DNA of 64,000 nt from Paecilomyces variotii (taxonomy: Eukaryota): assembly GCA_004022145.1 (NCBI GenBank), contig RCNU01000004.1, one strand, 5' to 3'. Of the stretch, positions 62,410 through 64,000 are shown in pieces. Numbering within the stretch: the first letter of the stretch is position 1; every line of letters begins with the position of its first letter. The notes below the pieces were generated by a model. It had not been told where the DNA came from, ran no database searches, and was given only the letters and a program-made list of their open reading frames with translations. The position numbers were made by a program, and so were the translations under genes.

Positions 62410-63480
62410 TTAGTCGAACAGACCGAAGCCCATGTCCTCGTCGGACTCCTCGGCTTCCTCCTCCTTCTTCTCCTCGGCCGGGGCAGCACCACCAGCCGGG
62501 GCAGCAGCAGCAGCGGCAGCGGGGGCCGCGGCGGCGTAGGCGTCAGGGTTGGCAATGCGGTCCTTGAGCTCCTCAATCTCAGGCCAGCTGTACTCGGTAG
62601 AGATAGCAACGGCCAGGACCTTCTTGTAGGAGTTGACCAGAGAGTGGACAACGGAAGGAAGGGTGGGGTAGTTGGCAGCCAGAGAGATGGCAGTGATGGC
62701 CTTGATGGCAGACTGGAAGGTAGCAAGGAGCTGGGACTCCTCAATGTCCAGAATCTCAGGACCGAAGGTCTGGCCCTGGTCGTAGACCTGAGCAATGCTC
62801 ATACCGTAGGTGAACGGAGAGATGTTGAGCATGTTCAGGAGGGTAGCCTCGGAGGCACCGACCTTGGAACCGGCCTCAACGAGCTTCAGGTCGCTGACGA
62901 TTTCAATGGTACCACGAGCAATCTTGGTGGGGACACCGAGAGCCTGGAAGAAAGAGGTCTTTCCGGGTTCCATACCGGTGTTACCAGCAGGGACGAAGAC
63001 ATCGGCCGGGGCGATGGCACCAGCACGAGCCGGAGCAGCGACACGGTTGGACAGAATCTTGGTACGGGTCTCCTTCATGTCACCGTTGGTGAAGATGAAA
63101 CCGACGTTGCCTATAATCATGGACCGCCCGATTAGCTTTGAGGAGTGCGATTGACGCTGAAAGGAGACTTACCCTTGACGTGGGGCAGGAGACGCTCGTA
63201 CTCAGGGTTCTCAGTGATGAAGCCCTTCAGCGCACGGCGGACCTGGAATCATAGTCAGTCATTGCTGCTCTCGAAATAGTCAATTGCCTGCAGAAAAATT
63301 GCTTACCATGGTGTTCTTTCCCATGAGGACGACACCCTCGCCACGGAGACTCAGACGAATCTCGTGCATCTGCTGAGAGCTGACATTGTCGACGTTGACG
63401 ATGAAGATCGTCTTGTACTCGTCGAGAAGGCTCTTGAGCTTATCGAAGTAAGCGGCCTTGGTAGCGGACTTGCCCCCCAT
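62410..63480 (-). CDS. RPP0: 60S acidic ribosomal protein P0 (uL10)
   Basis: [12 protein letters not shown]...VDNVSSQQM...MGKNTM|; [18 protein letters not shown]-terminal [13 protein letters not shown]; two coding introns. Confidence 0.97.
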
Positions 63481-64000
63481 GTCTCCTTATTTTGACTGAA
63501 GATAGGATGTTTAAGGGCAAGGGAAAATGTCTGATGTTGGTTGGTGTCGTAGAAGTTGGAGTTTGGAGAAATTCCCGAGATGTGCGATTTAGGAAATTCT
63601 CTTGTGGCTTCGCCTAACTAGCCCGAATGGGGCCGTCGCGACCAATCACGTGGCGCCGTTGTACGGCCGGCGACAGCTCCAGCAGATAGCAAAATCGATA
63701 TAGAGATCAATTAATGGCCATGAAGTGCCTTGGTGTCAAGCTGTCTTTCTGGTCGCGCGGCGTCCTTCCAACCATCTGACTATCCTGCTGCCGTCGCTCA
63801 GTAAGCTCATTACATCGTATATTCTGCAGCTCTCCATCATTTGACTCCGCCATGGCTGCAAAATTTCAATATCCGTTCCAGCGCATCCAATTCTTTGAGC
63901 CACAGGCGCCGGCTCAAAGAATATTGGTTGCTGCTGCTGGTCCAAAGCTTTACTGCTATGCTGCTGAGTCTGGACGGCGACTAAGTGTCTGGCCTCAAGA

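Noticed and set aside
62365-63135. 256-aa plus-strand ORF
   Set aside because: Antisense shadow of the strongly codon-biased RPP0 gene; no recognisable domain.

Overview
Eukaryotic, intron-rich fungal DNA that looks like a Eurotiales (Aspergillus/Paecilomyces-type) ascomycete; the lineage is inferred from gene content and intron style. A core-gene backbone (MCD4, Pcs1/Csm1, MSP1, LysM protein, MTP18, ATP19, PptB, HIS2, FKBP, Skg3/Caf120, ERV46, MEX67, VPS53, RPP0) is interrupted by three accessory-looking patches. (1) 0.3-7.6 kb: an MDR oxidoreductase with an in-frame stop, an SRPK-like kinase, a 2.4 kb nest of inverted-repeat elements showing RIP-type mutations, and a LITAF gene missed by the ORF track. 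(2) 20-24 kb: a quercetinase, an orphan ABC-transporter tail, and an inverted pair of identical tRNA-Arg(ACG) genes. (3) 35.9-44.9 kb: a spliced retropepsin-like (DTGS) gene, an old yellow enzyme, and a ~1570 aa single-ORF NLR (Arm-like + NACHT + HEAT repeats) followed by a 58-nt poly(A) run. The NLR/protease patch and the nested inverted-repeat locus are the most interesting. Exon structures were read by eye and family assignments come from recognised motifs, not database searches.
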